The notes: generated by a model not told the origin, from the letters alone. A stretch of DNA of 64,000 nt from Eledone cirrhosa (GCA_964016885.1 OZ024743.1:49290001-49354000), one strand, 5' to 3'. Shown: positions 25,470 through 37,527, numbered from the stretch's first letter. Made by a program: numbers and translations.

Positions 25470-26451
25470 TTTCCTTCTGGATGTCACCGCCAGTTATTGA
25501 TTAACATCTTTGCACAGGGTTTGCCTAATTCTCAACACACCTGTATAGGGCTTAGCCAGTTTTCCCAAGCTCTTCTTCTATCCCCTGTTTTCTCAGTCAC
25601 CAAACTACAGAGTCTTGTACTTTGATAATGAATGCTAGTTGTAAAGGTTTGTTCTTGGCTAAGAACTTCTATAGCAGTGGTTGCACTAAGAATAGGGCAT
25701 CGATGTTTCCACATTTTGGTACAAACCCTAAACACATCTCTTTTAAGCTAGTTCTTTCCTTTATTAGCCTTGCTACAACTTCCACTACTGTCATGACATA
25801 GTCTATCAGTTTAATACCTCTGTAGTTACTTCTTTCTAATGTATTTACTTTATCCTTGTAACAGTTCATGATATTGTTGCTCCGTCAGTCATTGGGGATA
25901 ACACCTCCCTCTACTACCTATGTGACTAACCACCAGATGTCCTACTTTGTCACATATATTCAGCATCTCAGCAGTTAGCCCCGGTAGTCAAACTGGTTTC
26001 CCTACCTTCATATCCTTAAAGTCCCTTCTACTGCATCGTAGTCATCCTCTGTAGCTGGTCCCTCTATTGGATCCATTTGAGGCAACCCATCTTTTGCCCA
26101 TACATTATCCTCATTCAGCAATTGCTTATAGTATTGTTTTCATGCCTTTGTTGGCGGAGGGGGGTGTGCCACTATCATTCCATATATATTTTCACCAATG
26201 ACATCTTGAGTTACACTTACACATTGCTTCTTATAATATGAAACACATCATGTATCTGATCCTCAAGGAGGTGAGATATACCTGATTAGTAGCTTCTCTT
26301 CAAGCCTCCTGATCCTATTCCTTGCCTTTTCTCTCTTTCTAAACCTGTCTCTTTTCTTTTATAACTCTAGTTACTGTACTATTCCTGTCATCCTCCACTT
26401 GACTGGGATTCAGACCCATGCTCCAGCCACAAATCTGGTTTGAAGCTTGCA

Positions 26452-26455
<4 letters not shown>
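25470..26455 (-). mobile_element. Old RTE LINE internal (RT N-terminal) fragment
   Basis: NCYKDKVNTLERSNYRGIKLIDY..GFVP..DALFLV matches the 680-aa ORF. Many stops and frameshifts. Confidence 0.85.
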
Positions 26456-26513
<58 letters not shown>

Positions 26514-28244
26514 CTATAGTAGAAGGCATTTGCCCCAGATGTCACATAGTGAGATAAGACACAAGGCTATGTGGTTGTGAAGTGAACTTCTTAACCACAC
26601 AGCCGCACCTGCAATTTTCTGCATTATATATTAGCTTCACTGACAAATAATTACTAGTTGTTAGCTATTGCTGTCCTAACAATTAGAAGCCATAGAGGCC
26701 AGGGAACACTACAAGTTTATTATATCTTTAAATACAATATTGCTGGAGGAGTTTTCAACATGATAATTTAATTTCTTTCGCTCTTTCTCACAGCTAAAAT
26801 TTGTACTTTGTAGCATTCACTTGCTTTAATTAGCTACACAACTGATACTTGGCTGTTTAGCCCTAGGTCGACCCTAATCCACTAGACCTATGGTGGAAGC
26901 CATTGCAGCTGTGGTGGCTATCATCACATCTTTTTTCTGTTTTAGGTATACATTATCTAATGTGTTGTTTCCTTATTTAAGATGTTAAGATCTGAAGAAA
27001 TTTGTTATTTTTAGCTGATCTACTGCCATATATTGCAGTAAATTGGCAGAGTCGTTAGGGTGTTCATTTAAATGCTGTGTAGTATTTGTTCGAGCTTTGA
27101 GTTCAAATCTTACTGAAGTCAATTATACCTTTCATCCTTTTGAATTTGTTGAAATAAAGTATCAGTTAGAGGTAGTGGATTGGCAGAATTGTTCAATTGT
27201 CAGATGAGATGGCTTGTGGTATTTATCCCAACATTTTGCGTTTTAAGTTCAAATTCTTTCTAGGGATTCAAATCCCACTGATAACCAGAGCTAATCACCT
27301 GACCCTGAGGTCACAAATGATTATGAAAGCTGGGTGGAGGAGGAATGTGGCCATCTATTACTGTAGCTTTATGATGCTTATGATGATCAACTCACTACAT
27401 AGAGGTTTTCTTGTTGTCTCACCTTTCATGTATTCTCCCAATTAAGACATACCTATCATCATCATCATTTTTATATTGACTTTTCCATAGTAGTATGGGT
27501 TGGATAGGACATTTTGAGGCATCTTTTTACAGCTGGATGCTCTTCCTGACACCAAATCTTTTAGTCATTTCTTAGGTATTTCTTTTCTAAACTGGATATA
27601 TATATATATACATACATACACTCGCACATAATTTATCCTATTTTGAGAATATATATTTTCTGAATTAATTCATTGTATTCTTCCTAATGGAGTCATTAAC
27701 CTATAAACCCTCATTTGATTGTCAATTAGTTTGAATTTCAGAGATATCTCCTTTGTCTTTCTTGACCAGAATTATCACGATCACCAGTTATTGTATATGT
27801 GTGGTCTAGTAGTTATTGCTTTCGTTCAATTGGCTGAAAATTGAGTACCAGCTGCAGCAGTAGCTGGAGTTTAACTTTGCATTATTAGACTTGTGTCCCA
27901 ACTAAGGGTAATCTGCATAAAACCAGGAAAAGCTTTAACTTATTCGAAATTATTTTCATCGATTAGTATTTTTTGAGGACTCATTACATTAAGTTATCCC
28001 CAACTTAATTGTGTGTTCTTCATGCAAAATGCATTCCCACGGAATTTTCCCCATATCATCAATAGCAATGATTATTAAATTTAGAAGCTCATCTGATTGA
28101 TATGGCTTTTAGGAATTTTAGAAATACTTAGCTGTATGGTTTATCATTGTTTTTGAACTTTTGTAGCATATATAGCTTAATGTGGCACAACAGTTAATGT
28201 ATGGGACCAATGTAAATAATGTAACATCTAAGAATTATATTTAA

Positions 28245-28447
28245 CCCTTTTGATACCAACCTGCCTGAAACTGCTCCTGATTCTATGATTCAAAACTGTC
28301 CAGTTGAAAATACTTTATTTAAGAACTTTGTGAAATATTCTAAACAAAATTAGTTATTTTATTAAATACCTCCATTTTCTTGATTATTTTCAAAATTAAT
28401 TGAAACATATATACAACTGTGTTTTTTGTTATATGATCATGAATGGA
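28245..28447. mobile_element. piggyBac-like MITE, family B (~200 bp)
   Basis: TTAA|CCCTTTTGATACCAACCTGCC ... ATATGATCATGAATGGA|TTAA. Confidence 0.65.
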
Positions 28448-28829
28448 TTAACTACATTCTGACACAACTACTTTGTTACATTTACTTAGAAACATTTACT
28501 TATATATTTAGATATGGACTGTCTGCCAGAGTGTTAGAGATAATGGCTCAAGTTGTTTTTTTTGTATTTGTTACCTACCAAATAGGAATCAATAAATGGA
28601 AGGATTTCGTGACTAAACATTAAAATAGTAAAATAGACTTAGATCATCCAATACAAGTCAATTGTTGTAGACAACAAACACAACATAGAAGGTGGTTGCC
28701 TAATTGTTGTTGTGTAGCCCCAGGTCAGTTATGATCAGACTGGACATGTAGAAAAAAAGGAAGGAAGGAACTGATGGTCAGATTGAACCAAGGAAACAAT
28801 ATTTACATTGGTCTTTCCATTGCTGAGAT

Positions 28830-29280
28830 GTGAGATCTGATCGGACGACCATGTTTCGCACACACATGGCTGATTTTGGCTTGGTTTCTACGGCTGGATG
28901 CCATTCCTAATACCAACCACATACAGTATGTGCTGGGTGCTTTTTGTTATGACACCTACACGACCACTTTACAGCGTGAACTGCGTACTTTTTGTCGAGT
29001 CACCAACACGACCACTTTACAGTGTGGACTGGAGGCATCGCTGGAGGTATACTTCAGCTTGTCCTAATGGGATAATGTATGGGAGGGTGGGATAGGTTGG
29101 GGTGGGCTGGTGAATACTATATATATGCTTCAGCTATGGCTTGTGTCCATGAGAATTCTGGTTTTCTGTATTACTGCGTAACACCAGAGATCTCGGTCCT
29201 GTGTCATCGCCTTTGAGAGGCGCAATTTGGTGAGGTCAGCTTTTATTACCTAATCCCAAGTCCTCCTGGGTCTCCGTACA
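28830..29280 (-). mobile_element. RTE LINE 3' fragment
   Basis: CTACGGCTGGATGCCATTCCTAATACCAACCAC motif. ORF end RPRRTWD...ADLTKLRLSKAMTQDRDLW on the minus strand. Confidence 0.8.
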
Positions 29281-29628
29281 TGATATACTTACAACTAAGA
29301 ACAGGATAAAATAACTTGAGGCATATCTCAAGATATGAAGCCCATACCAACTGGCCCACCTGCTCTGGCCAGTCCATACTAGTACTCTTGTCACTGAAAC
29401 CTACACCAGCCAATGCTGCTAAACAAAAGTATGTTCATAGTTCTATTGGTTATTCAACCTTCTATTTGTTTAGGCAATGTAAGTTATTGTATAAAATAAG
29501 ATTTCTTTAGCTATTAGTATTTTATATTTGACATTTGAATTCATAAGATATTGTAATAAAATAATTAATGAATATATTGTCTCAAAACCAATAATTACTA
29601 AGTCTTTTGTATCCTTTCTTACCATTAA

Positions 29629-30097
29629 CCCATTTGATATGCAACCACCTGAGACTGCTTCTAGTTTTTAGTCAAAACCTCCCATTTAAAAATATTTACA
29701 TTTCGGACACTATCATAATTTTATATGAAAACATTTCTTTAACCCTTTAGTGTTAACATTACTCTATATTTACTATGATATTTTCACAGTAAAGGTTTTA
29801 TTTCGCATAATTATCACACATAATATCGAATCTATGAAATTTTGATATTATTTATTTTGAGAACAATGCCTTAACATCAGTATGAGTAGCTAGTTACAGC
29901 CAGTTTGGACAGAAAGAGAGAGAACTCTGGCTGTATAAGACTGGTTTAAATGCTAAAGGGTTGTTAGGTTTCGAACACTAACTTAATGAAAATATTTAGT
30001 TATTTTACTATCTCACTCCAAATATTTTGAGTAGAATTTTTCATAATTAATTGAAACACAAGCAATATATAACATTAAAAATATGATCATGAAAGGG
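29629..30097. mobile_element. Family B MITE interrupted by a family A MITE
   Basis: TTAA|CCCATTTGATA...ATATGATCATGAAAGGG. Both halves align by eye to 28245-28447. Confidence 0.6.
29743..29960. mobile_element. piggyBac-like MITE, family A
   Basis: TTAA|CCCTTTAG ... TTTAAATGCTAAAGGG. Internal CACATAATATCGAATCTAT is the reverse complement of positions 191-209. Confidence 0.75.
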
Positions 30098-30099
30098 CT

Positions 30100-30320
30100 G
30101 TGATTAGCAGGAAGCACAAGATATTACTGGAGAGCTAAGCAAGAACTCATTAGTGATATACTTTTATGGACACCAGAGCATGGCTCTGTCACCCAGCAAA
30201 AACCTTTATCGACCAGACATGAGATGTCACCCTGCTGACCACCTGAACACTATGTGGGATTGTGATGGCTGGCGTGATCAAGTCAAACAAATCTGAGCAA
30301 GTTGGATCAGAGGAGATGAA
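30100..30320 (+). mobile_element. Very degenerate RTE/RTEX-like 3' relic
   Basis: ELISDILLWTPEHG..KTFIDQ resembles the C-terminus of RTE-group ORFs. Confidence 0.45.
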
Positions 30321-30894
30321 TGTCATTTGATAGAGCATCAGTGTTTGGATAAGTGGACAAACAGTAAATGATAAAGAATAATTAGCTGATCTTTCCTTTT
30401 GTTGACATACAACAAATATTTAACTGTTCTTGTTGAGAGAAAAGACAAATGAAGATGAGATGAATCAATTCAATAAAACTATCTACAGCTTCTCTTCATG
30501 CATACTAATGGTTACATAAGTAGTGTTCATGATCTCCCTCTATATTTCACACAGATCTTTGAGAACTGCTAAAGTTTCAAAACTGCTGTCATTGCCTTCA
30601 ACATTTCTGTCTATTGTATTTAATATTTAAAAAGAATCTGTAGAAAATGGAGCCTGCTGTAAATCTGTTTGCCTCTAGAACTGTCAAAGTCATGCCAGGA
30701 TGGTAAATTATTCAGATGTGTTTATGATATTAAATCTTCTTCATCCTCATCATTATCATCACCATTGGTTCCACGTTATATTTTCCTGTGCTTATATAAT
30801 TTGATTGAGACTTTTTCAGGCACATTTTTTTGGTGTGATCAAAATTCTTTTCTGTGGGTTTTTCTGATGCCAACCCTTTCCTAATTTTAAGCAT

Positions 30895-30944
<50 letters not shown>

Positions 30945-31076
30945 GTGTATGCAGGATATCCGTAGATAAAAGGTCAAGGAGAACAATGCTCAATCTATTG
31001 CAAGAGAGCATATTTAGTATATTTAAAATGTCATGATGTTAAGTCTATGAAATTTTAAATATAATATAATATATAT

Positions 31077-32037
31077 CATCATCATCATCATCAACGTTTA
31101 ACGTCCGTGTTCCACGCTTGCATGGGTTTGGATGGGGGTAGTCCCACTGCTCGCATAGGACTGTCTGGCAGGTTTTCTACAGTTGGATGCCCTTCCTAAC
31201 ACCAACCACATTTACAGTGTGGGTCTGGGAGGTTTTTACCGTGTTGCCTACACGGCCACATTACAGCGTGGACTGTGTGTTTTTTTGTTGTGACACCTAC
31301 ACGATCTCATTTGTTTCGGCCTGGATGGCGCGGCACCAACATAACTTTACATAGAACACGGTGGTGTGGATGGGGTGGGGGTGGTGGCGGGACGGGGTGT
31401 ATTTTGTTAGAGATGCCTACTGGCAAGGCGGGTCTTCTCTGTTACTGAGTACCGCCAAAGGTCTCGGTCCAGTGACATTGTCTTGGAGAGGTGTAAGTGT
31501 GTGAGGTCGGAGTTTATCAGCTCATCCCAGGTTTTTCTAGGTCTGCCTATTCCGTGGCTACCGTCTATCTTTATTGCCCTGCACTTTGTTATACAGCTAT
31601 CGACTTTCATGCGCATCACGTGTCCATACCAACGCAGCCTTCTCTCGAGTAAACAACATCTGATCCCTCTTATCTCTAATTTTTTCCTTAGTTCGTTTAT
31701 GCTTTGCCGTTCACGTATATTACTGTTACACATCCAGCGGAGCATGCAAGCTTCGTTCCTCTCTAGTCTGCGTATATCCTCTGCACACAATGCCCAGGTC
31801 TCACTACCATGCAACATTGCTGTTCGTATGCAGGCATCGTACAACCTGCCTTTCATTTTTAGGGAGAACCCTTTAGCAGCTAATAGTGGTATAAGCTCTC
31901 TGAACTTTTTCCAACCAGTTCTGACTCTAGCTACAGTACTTTCAGAGCACCCTCCCCCACTGCTGATTTTATCGCCCAGGTAACGGAAGCTGTCCACTAT
32001 TTCTATAGAACCCTCTGCGCAATTGAAAGAGCTAGTA
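31077..32037 (-). mobile_element. Young 5'-truncated RTE LINE (copy 1 of cluster)
   Basis: ORF 31407-32066 is nearly identical to the last ~205 aa of the 680-aa ORF. It has a (GAT)n tail and (TA)n on both sides. Confidence 0.95.
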
Positions 32038-32054
32038 TATATATATATATATAT

Positions 32055-32512
32055 CATCATCATCATCGTTTAACGTCCATATTCCACGCTCGCATGGGTT
32101 TGGAGGGGAGTTTTCCCACTTGAGGCAAGAGTGGTTGTCTTGCTCGCATAGGACTGTCTGGCGGGTTTTCTACGGCTGGATGCCCTTCCTAACACCAACC
32201 ACATTTACAGTGTGGAACTGGGAGGTTTTTACCGTGTTACCTACACGGCCACATTACAGCGTGGACTGTGTGTGTTTTTTTGTCGTGACACCTACACGAC
32301 CTCATTTGTTTCGGGCTGGATGTTGTGGTACCAACATAACTTTACATTGAAAGGGGTGGTGTGGATGGGGTGGGGGTAGTGGGACGGGGGTGTATTTTGT
32401 TAGAGGTGCCTACTGACTGTAGTAGGTTTCACTTTGCACTTAGGTAAGGCGGGTCTTCTCTATTACTGTGTAGCGCCAAAGATCTCGGTCCAGTGACATT
32501 GTCTTGGAGAGG
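32055..32512 (-). mobile_element. Young RTE LINE 3' fragment (copy 2)
   Basis: Same 3' UTR, truncated at LSKTMSLDRDLWRY, with (TA)n on both sides. Confidence 0.92.
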
Positions 32513-32542
32513 TATATATATATATATATATTTATTTATTTA

Positions 32543-32601
32543 GGACAACCCGTCTAACCCATGCTAGCATGGAAGAACGGACGTAAAACGGTGATGATGA
32601 T
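32543..32601 (+). mobile_element. ~58-bp RTE terminal fragment, tail-to-tail with copy 3
   Basis: GGACAACCCGTCTAACCCATGCTAGCATGGAAGAACGGACGTAAAACGGTGATGATGAT is the exact reverse complement of ~63168-63226. Confidence 0.85.
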
Positions 32602-35600
32602 ATCATCATCATCATCAACGTTTAAGGTCCGTGTTCCACGCTTGCATGGGTTTAGACGGGGGTTTTCCCACTTGAGGCAAGAGTGATTATCTTGCTCGCA
32701 TAGGACTATCTGGCGGGTTTTCTACAGCTGGATGCCCTTCCTAACACCAACCACATTTACAGTGTGGCCTGGGAGGTTTTTACCGTGTTGCCTACACGGC
32801 CACATTACAGCGTGGACTGTCTGGCGGGTTTTCTACAGCTGGATGCCCTTCCTAACACCAACCACATTTACAGTGTGGGGCTGGGAGGTTTTTACCGTGT
32901 TGCCTACATGGCCACATTACAGCGTGAACTGTGTTTTTTTGTCGTGACACCTACACGATCTCATTTGTTTCGGCCTGGATGTTGTGGCACCAACATAACT
33001 TTACATTGAAAGGGGCGGTGTGGATGGGGTGAGGGTGGTGGGACGGGGGTGTATTTTGTTAGAGATGCCTACTGACTGTAGTAGGTTTTACTTTGTATTT
33101 AGGTAAGGCGGGTCTTCTCTATTACTGAGTACCGCCAAAGGTCTCGGTCCAGTAACATTGTCTTGGAGAGGTGTAAGTGTGTGAGGTCGGAATTTATCAG
33201 CTCGTCCCAGGTTTTTCTGGGTCTGCCTATTCCGTGGCTACCGTCTATCTTTATTGCCCTGCACTTTGTTATACAGCTATCGTCTTTCATGCGCATCACG
33301 TGACCATACCAACGTAGCCTTCTCTCGAGTAAACAACATCTGATCCCTCTTATTTCTAATTTTTTCCTTAGTTCGTTTATGCTTTGCCGTTCACGTATAT
33401 TACTATTACACATCCAGCGGAGCATGCAAGCTTCGTTCCTCTCTAGTCTGCGTATATCCTCTGCACACAATGCCCAGGTCTCACTGCCATGCAACATTGC
33501 TGTTTGTATGCAGGCATTATACAACCTGCCTTTCATTTTTAGGGAGAACCCTTTAGCGGCTAATAGTGGTATAAGCTCTCTGAACCTTTTCCATCCAGTT
33601 CTGACTCTAGCTACTGTACTTTCAGAGCACCCTCCCCCACTGCTGATTTTGTCACCCAGGTAACGGAAGCTGTCCACTATTTCTATAGAACCCTCTGCGC
33701 AGTTGAAAGAGCTAGTATTTTGTGGGCACTTGCTGCTACTTATTGCACCAGAGCACCGGCCACATGTAAAATCTATGTTCTTAGTTAGCTTTCCTGTGAT
33801 CCCACTACATCTTTTATGCACCCATACTTTGCATTTGGGACACAAAATGGAGTTTCTACCTACGCCTTTCCTACACACCGAGCATGGCCACTTCCCGGAA
33901 GGGACCGCCGCCTTATTTTCTTTCTTACAAACTAGAACTTTAGTCTTAGCCAGGTTAATTTTAAGGCCTTTTGATTCTAGGCCGTGCTTCCATGTTTGGA
34001 ATTTCTTCTCTAGCTCGGCCATTGATTCAGCTATGAGTGTTAGGTCATCTGCGTATAGGAGTTCCCATGGGCAACCGGTCTTGAACTCCTCTGTTATAGC
34101 CTGAAGGGCAATAATAAATAGTAGGGGGCTGAGAACAGAGCCCTGATGGACGCCAACTTTTACGCTAAACTCTTCACTATATTCGTTGTTAATTCTAACC
34201 TTGCTGACTGTTTCTTTATACATGGCTTGTATAGCTTTCACAAGCCATTCGTCAACACCTAGTTTTCTAAGAGCCCACCAGATAATGGAATGGGGGACTC
34301 TGTCGAAGGCTTTCTCCAATTCGACAAAAGCTAAGTATAGGGGTTTACTTTTAGCTAGGTACTTCTCCTGTAGTTGTCGTACAATGAAAAGAGCGTCTGT
34401 GGTACTTTTGCCTGACACAAACCCGAACTGCATTTCATCTAGATCAATTCTCTCTCTGATTAGTTGCGCTATTACTTTTTCCGTGACCTTCATGATCTGG
34501 TCGATTAATTTAATGCCTCTATAGTTACTCCTATCTAGGGCATCTCCTTTACCCTTATAACAGTTAATGATGATGCTGCTACGCCAGTCCTTCGGAACAA
34601 TCCCATTCTGTACAACTTGGTTAACTATCCGGGTGACCATGGTGTGTCCCACTGTACCAGATGCCTTCAGCATCTCGGCAACTATTTCCGAAGGCCCAGC
34701 CGCCTTACCTGTCTTCATATCTTTGATTGCCTTACTTATTATACTACCCTCGACTAACACTGCTGCTCCCTTTATTGGGTCGATGTGGGGTAGACTGTCT
34801 TTCTCCCATTTATTCTCCTCATTTAGTAGCCTTTCATAGTGACACTTCCAAGCTACCTTCTTATTAGCGTCGGTGATGGCAAGTACGCCGTCATCATTAA
34901 GTACACACTTCTCCCCGACAATATCACGGTTTTCCTTGACATATTGTCTAGCAATCCTGAACACCTCACGTTTTTGGTCCTCGCGTTGTAGAACATGCTT
35001 GAACTTTCTTTCCTCAGCTTCCCTTCTTGCGAAGTACACTTGTCTCCTAGCTTCCCTCCTGGCCACTTGATAGTCTTCTCTGCTTCCCCCATACCGCCAT
35101 ACTTTCCAAGCCTGCTTTTTGGCCTTAATTGACCCCTCCACCTTACTGTTCCACCATCATGTTACTCTCCTCCTGCCTACAGGCCTGCTCCAGCCACAGA
35201 CTTCGTCTGCCGCCATCAGCAGGTTTGCTTTCAGGAATTCCCACTGCTCCTCTATATTGTACGACTCTAATTGCTCTTCCTTACTGTCGAAAGCATCAAG
35301 TAGTATACTTCTGAATTTATTTCTGGCTGTGGGGTCCTTTAGCTTCCATATTTTTCTCCTGAGGATAGTCCTCTTCTGTTCTCTAGTACGTCTCGTCCTG
35401 ACTATTAGGTCGCTAATTATCAGTCTATGTTGGGAGGTGCATTCTTCATGGGGGAGGGATTTAGTGTTTACAACAGACACTCTGTCACGTCTTCTGGTAA
35501 GGATATAATCTACCTGGCTTGTGTGTTCCCCCGATCTATAGGTGATCAGGTGATTGTCACGTTTTTTGAAGTTAGTGTTACAGATAGCTAGGTTATTTGC

Positions 35601-36034
35601 GTCACAGAATTCCAGGATTCTGGAGCCTTCCTCATTTCTAGTACCAAACCCATAGCCTCCATGGATTTCGTCGTAGCCGTCACAATGTTGTCCAACGTGA
35701 CCATTTAGGTCGCCTGCAATAATTATATAGTCACTGTCGGTTATTTGGGAGGTAGTGAGCATCAGTGTCTAATAGAATCTGTCTTTTATAGTGCCGGGCA
35801 GTCCGGATTGGGGTGCGTACGCAGATATTACTGTCACCATAGTTCTATTGAGGACAAGTCTTATTTTAATTATTCTGTCGTTCACTCTATTTACGTCTAT
35901 TATCTTATCTGCCCACTTTTCTGCTACCATGAATCCTACTCCACCCAGCCCATTGTCATTTCCCACCCAGAAAAGCTTATAGCATTGTTTTTTACCCACA
36001 ATGAATCTAGCAGAGCCACCCCTCCACCTGGTCT
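32602..36034 (-). mobile_element. Near-full-length RTE-clade non-LTR retrotransposon (5'-truncated within the endonuclease)
   Basis: A single reading frame carries APE motifs (SAYAP, GDLNGH, VDY, QHR), RT motifs (GVHQGSVLSPLLF, YADD) and RTE C-terminal motifs (ETW, RLRWYGHV, GRPRKTW). ~500-bp 3' UTR and (GAT)n tail. Confidence 0.96.
33099..36031 (-). pseudogene. RTE AP-endonuclease/reverse-transcriptase ORF with PHD-like finger, disabled
   Basis: ORF pieces 35769-35999, 35157-35762 and 33099-35141 are all in one frame, split by TAG (35769-71) and TGA (35157-59, in a WWW motif). The first RT catalytic motif reads FVELEKAFD instead of the usual FVDLEKAFD. Confidence 0.9.
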
Positions 36035-36048
36035 ATACACATATACAT

Positions 36049-36084
<36 letters not shown>

Positions 36085-36139
36085 ACAAATAGTAGATGTT
36101 CAGGGAAAATTGTTAGGTGTCAGTGATAGGCACATTTTT

Positions 36140-36767
36140 CAAAGGCTGGTAGGATCTATACAGATGGTTGGTAGCTTCCAATGATCATATTAGCAAGGGA
36201 GGGGGATGTTCTGAGGCCATAGTATCTAGAATAAGGATAGGACAGAAGGAGTTCAGGGAGCTGCTTCCTCTGTTGACAACAAAGGGTTTCTCCCTGTGAA
36301 CGAAAGGTTGGTTGTATGATACCTGTGTGAGATGCGTGATGCTGCATGGTAGTGAGACATGGGCAGCAACTGCAGAGGATATGTGAAGGCTGGAGAGAAA
36401 TGAAACAAGTATGCTCCGATGGATGTGCAATCAATGTGCATGAATGACCAAGCATGGATGAGTTGAGAGAGAAACTGGGTATAAGAGGGGATAGGCTGTA
36501 GTGTGCAAGAGAAAAGACTACGTTGGTATGGCCATGTGATGCACATGAAAGATGACTGCTGGGTGAAGAAGTGCTAAGTAACCCAATGGAAGGAAGACGC
36601 AGTAGAAGAAGACCACGGAAAACATGGGTAGAGGTGGTGAAAGCTGAAGCTCACAGAAGCTCACAGAGAAGATGACGAAGGACTATGACAAATGGAGAGA
36701 TCCTGTGCTGAAGAGGACCTGTTCCACCCTTGCAAGCAGGGAAAAGTGGACGTAAAATGATGATGAT
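36140..36767 (+). mobile_element. Older RTE LINE 3' fragment, opposite orientation
   Basis: GGCSEAIVSRIRIG*..FRELLPLL..LHGSETWA..EKRLRWYGHVMHMKDD with stops and frameshifts. (GAT)n tail then (TA)n. Confidence 0.88.
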
Positions 36768-36817
36768 ATATATATTTAAAAGATTCGAAGTCAGTGTTGC
36801 ACCATATATACAAACAA

Positions 36818-36850
<33 letters not shown>

Positions 36851-37169
36851 AACATATCACTGATGTTAGTTAAGCTGCTACACTTTGGGATATATTTTTT
36901 ATGAAGGATATAGAGAAATACTACTGTTTACTTTGTAAATGATGTCGATATGTAGACATTTTGCTGCAACTGACACCCACACTACTTACCTATCTTCTCG
37001 CACATTCACGTTTATTTCTCTTGTTTCTGTAACCAAGCCTATATATCCAAACACCCCCACAAGGCAGTGGTTCACTTCAGGTCACAGTAGAAGGCATCCA
37101 CCCCAGATGCCACTAAGTGAGACTGAATCTGAATTCACATGGTTCTGAAATGAACTTCTCAACAATATG

Positions 37170-37200
<31 letters not shown>

Positions 37201-37202
37201 TA

Positions 37203-37428
37203 TAATAATAGGATGATTAGTTATGTCTTCATTAGGTTTATTTTTATTGAGGAGTGACGCACGTTTCGCTATTGATCAGCTCAAGGTTCGATCTATATTG
37301 AACTGGCCCGACCCTGTGGTAATGTTATTACCACATATCGAACCTTGAGTTGATCAATAGTGAAACGCACGTCACTCCTCAATAAAATAAACCTAATGAA
37401 GACATAACTAATTGTCCTTTTATTATTA
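37203..37428. repeat. ~226-bp foldback (arms ~90 bp) with nested hairpin; MITE or inverted Penelope-like relic
   Basis: 37203-37292 is the near-perfect reverse complement of 37337-37428. Inner hairpin TGTGGTAAT-GTT-ATTACCACA at 37315-37335. Confidence 0.9.
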
Positions 37429-37490
37429 TTATCTTTACACTCTCCTTAGTTCTACACCTCTTTACTGGTGGGAAGCTACAGTAACTGCAC

Positions 37491-37527
<37 letters not shown>

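Noticed and set aside
33099-35141. 680-aa RT as a domesticated gene, retron or DGR-type system, with nearby repeats as templates
   Set aside because: It is in frame with an APE domain, has an RTE C-terminus, 3' UTR and tail, and has many dispersed copies. Premature stops and a D-to-E catalytic change indicate a dead LINE. The near-identical neighbour at 31407-32037 is a 5'-truncated sibling, and its differences show no obvious adenine-specific pattern.
33379-36092. Plus-strand ORFs overlapping the RTE element
   Set aside because: Antisense shadows of the LINE ORF.
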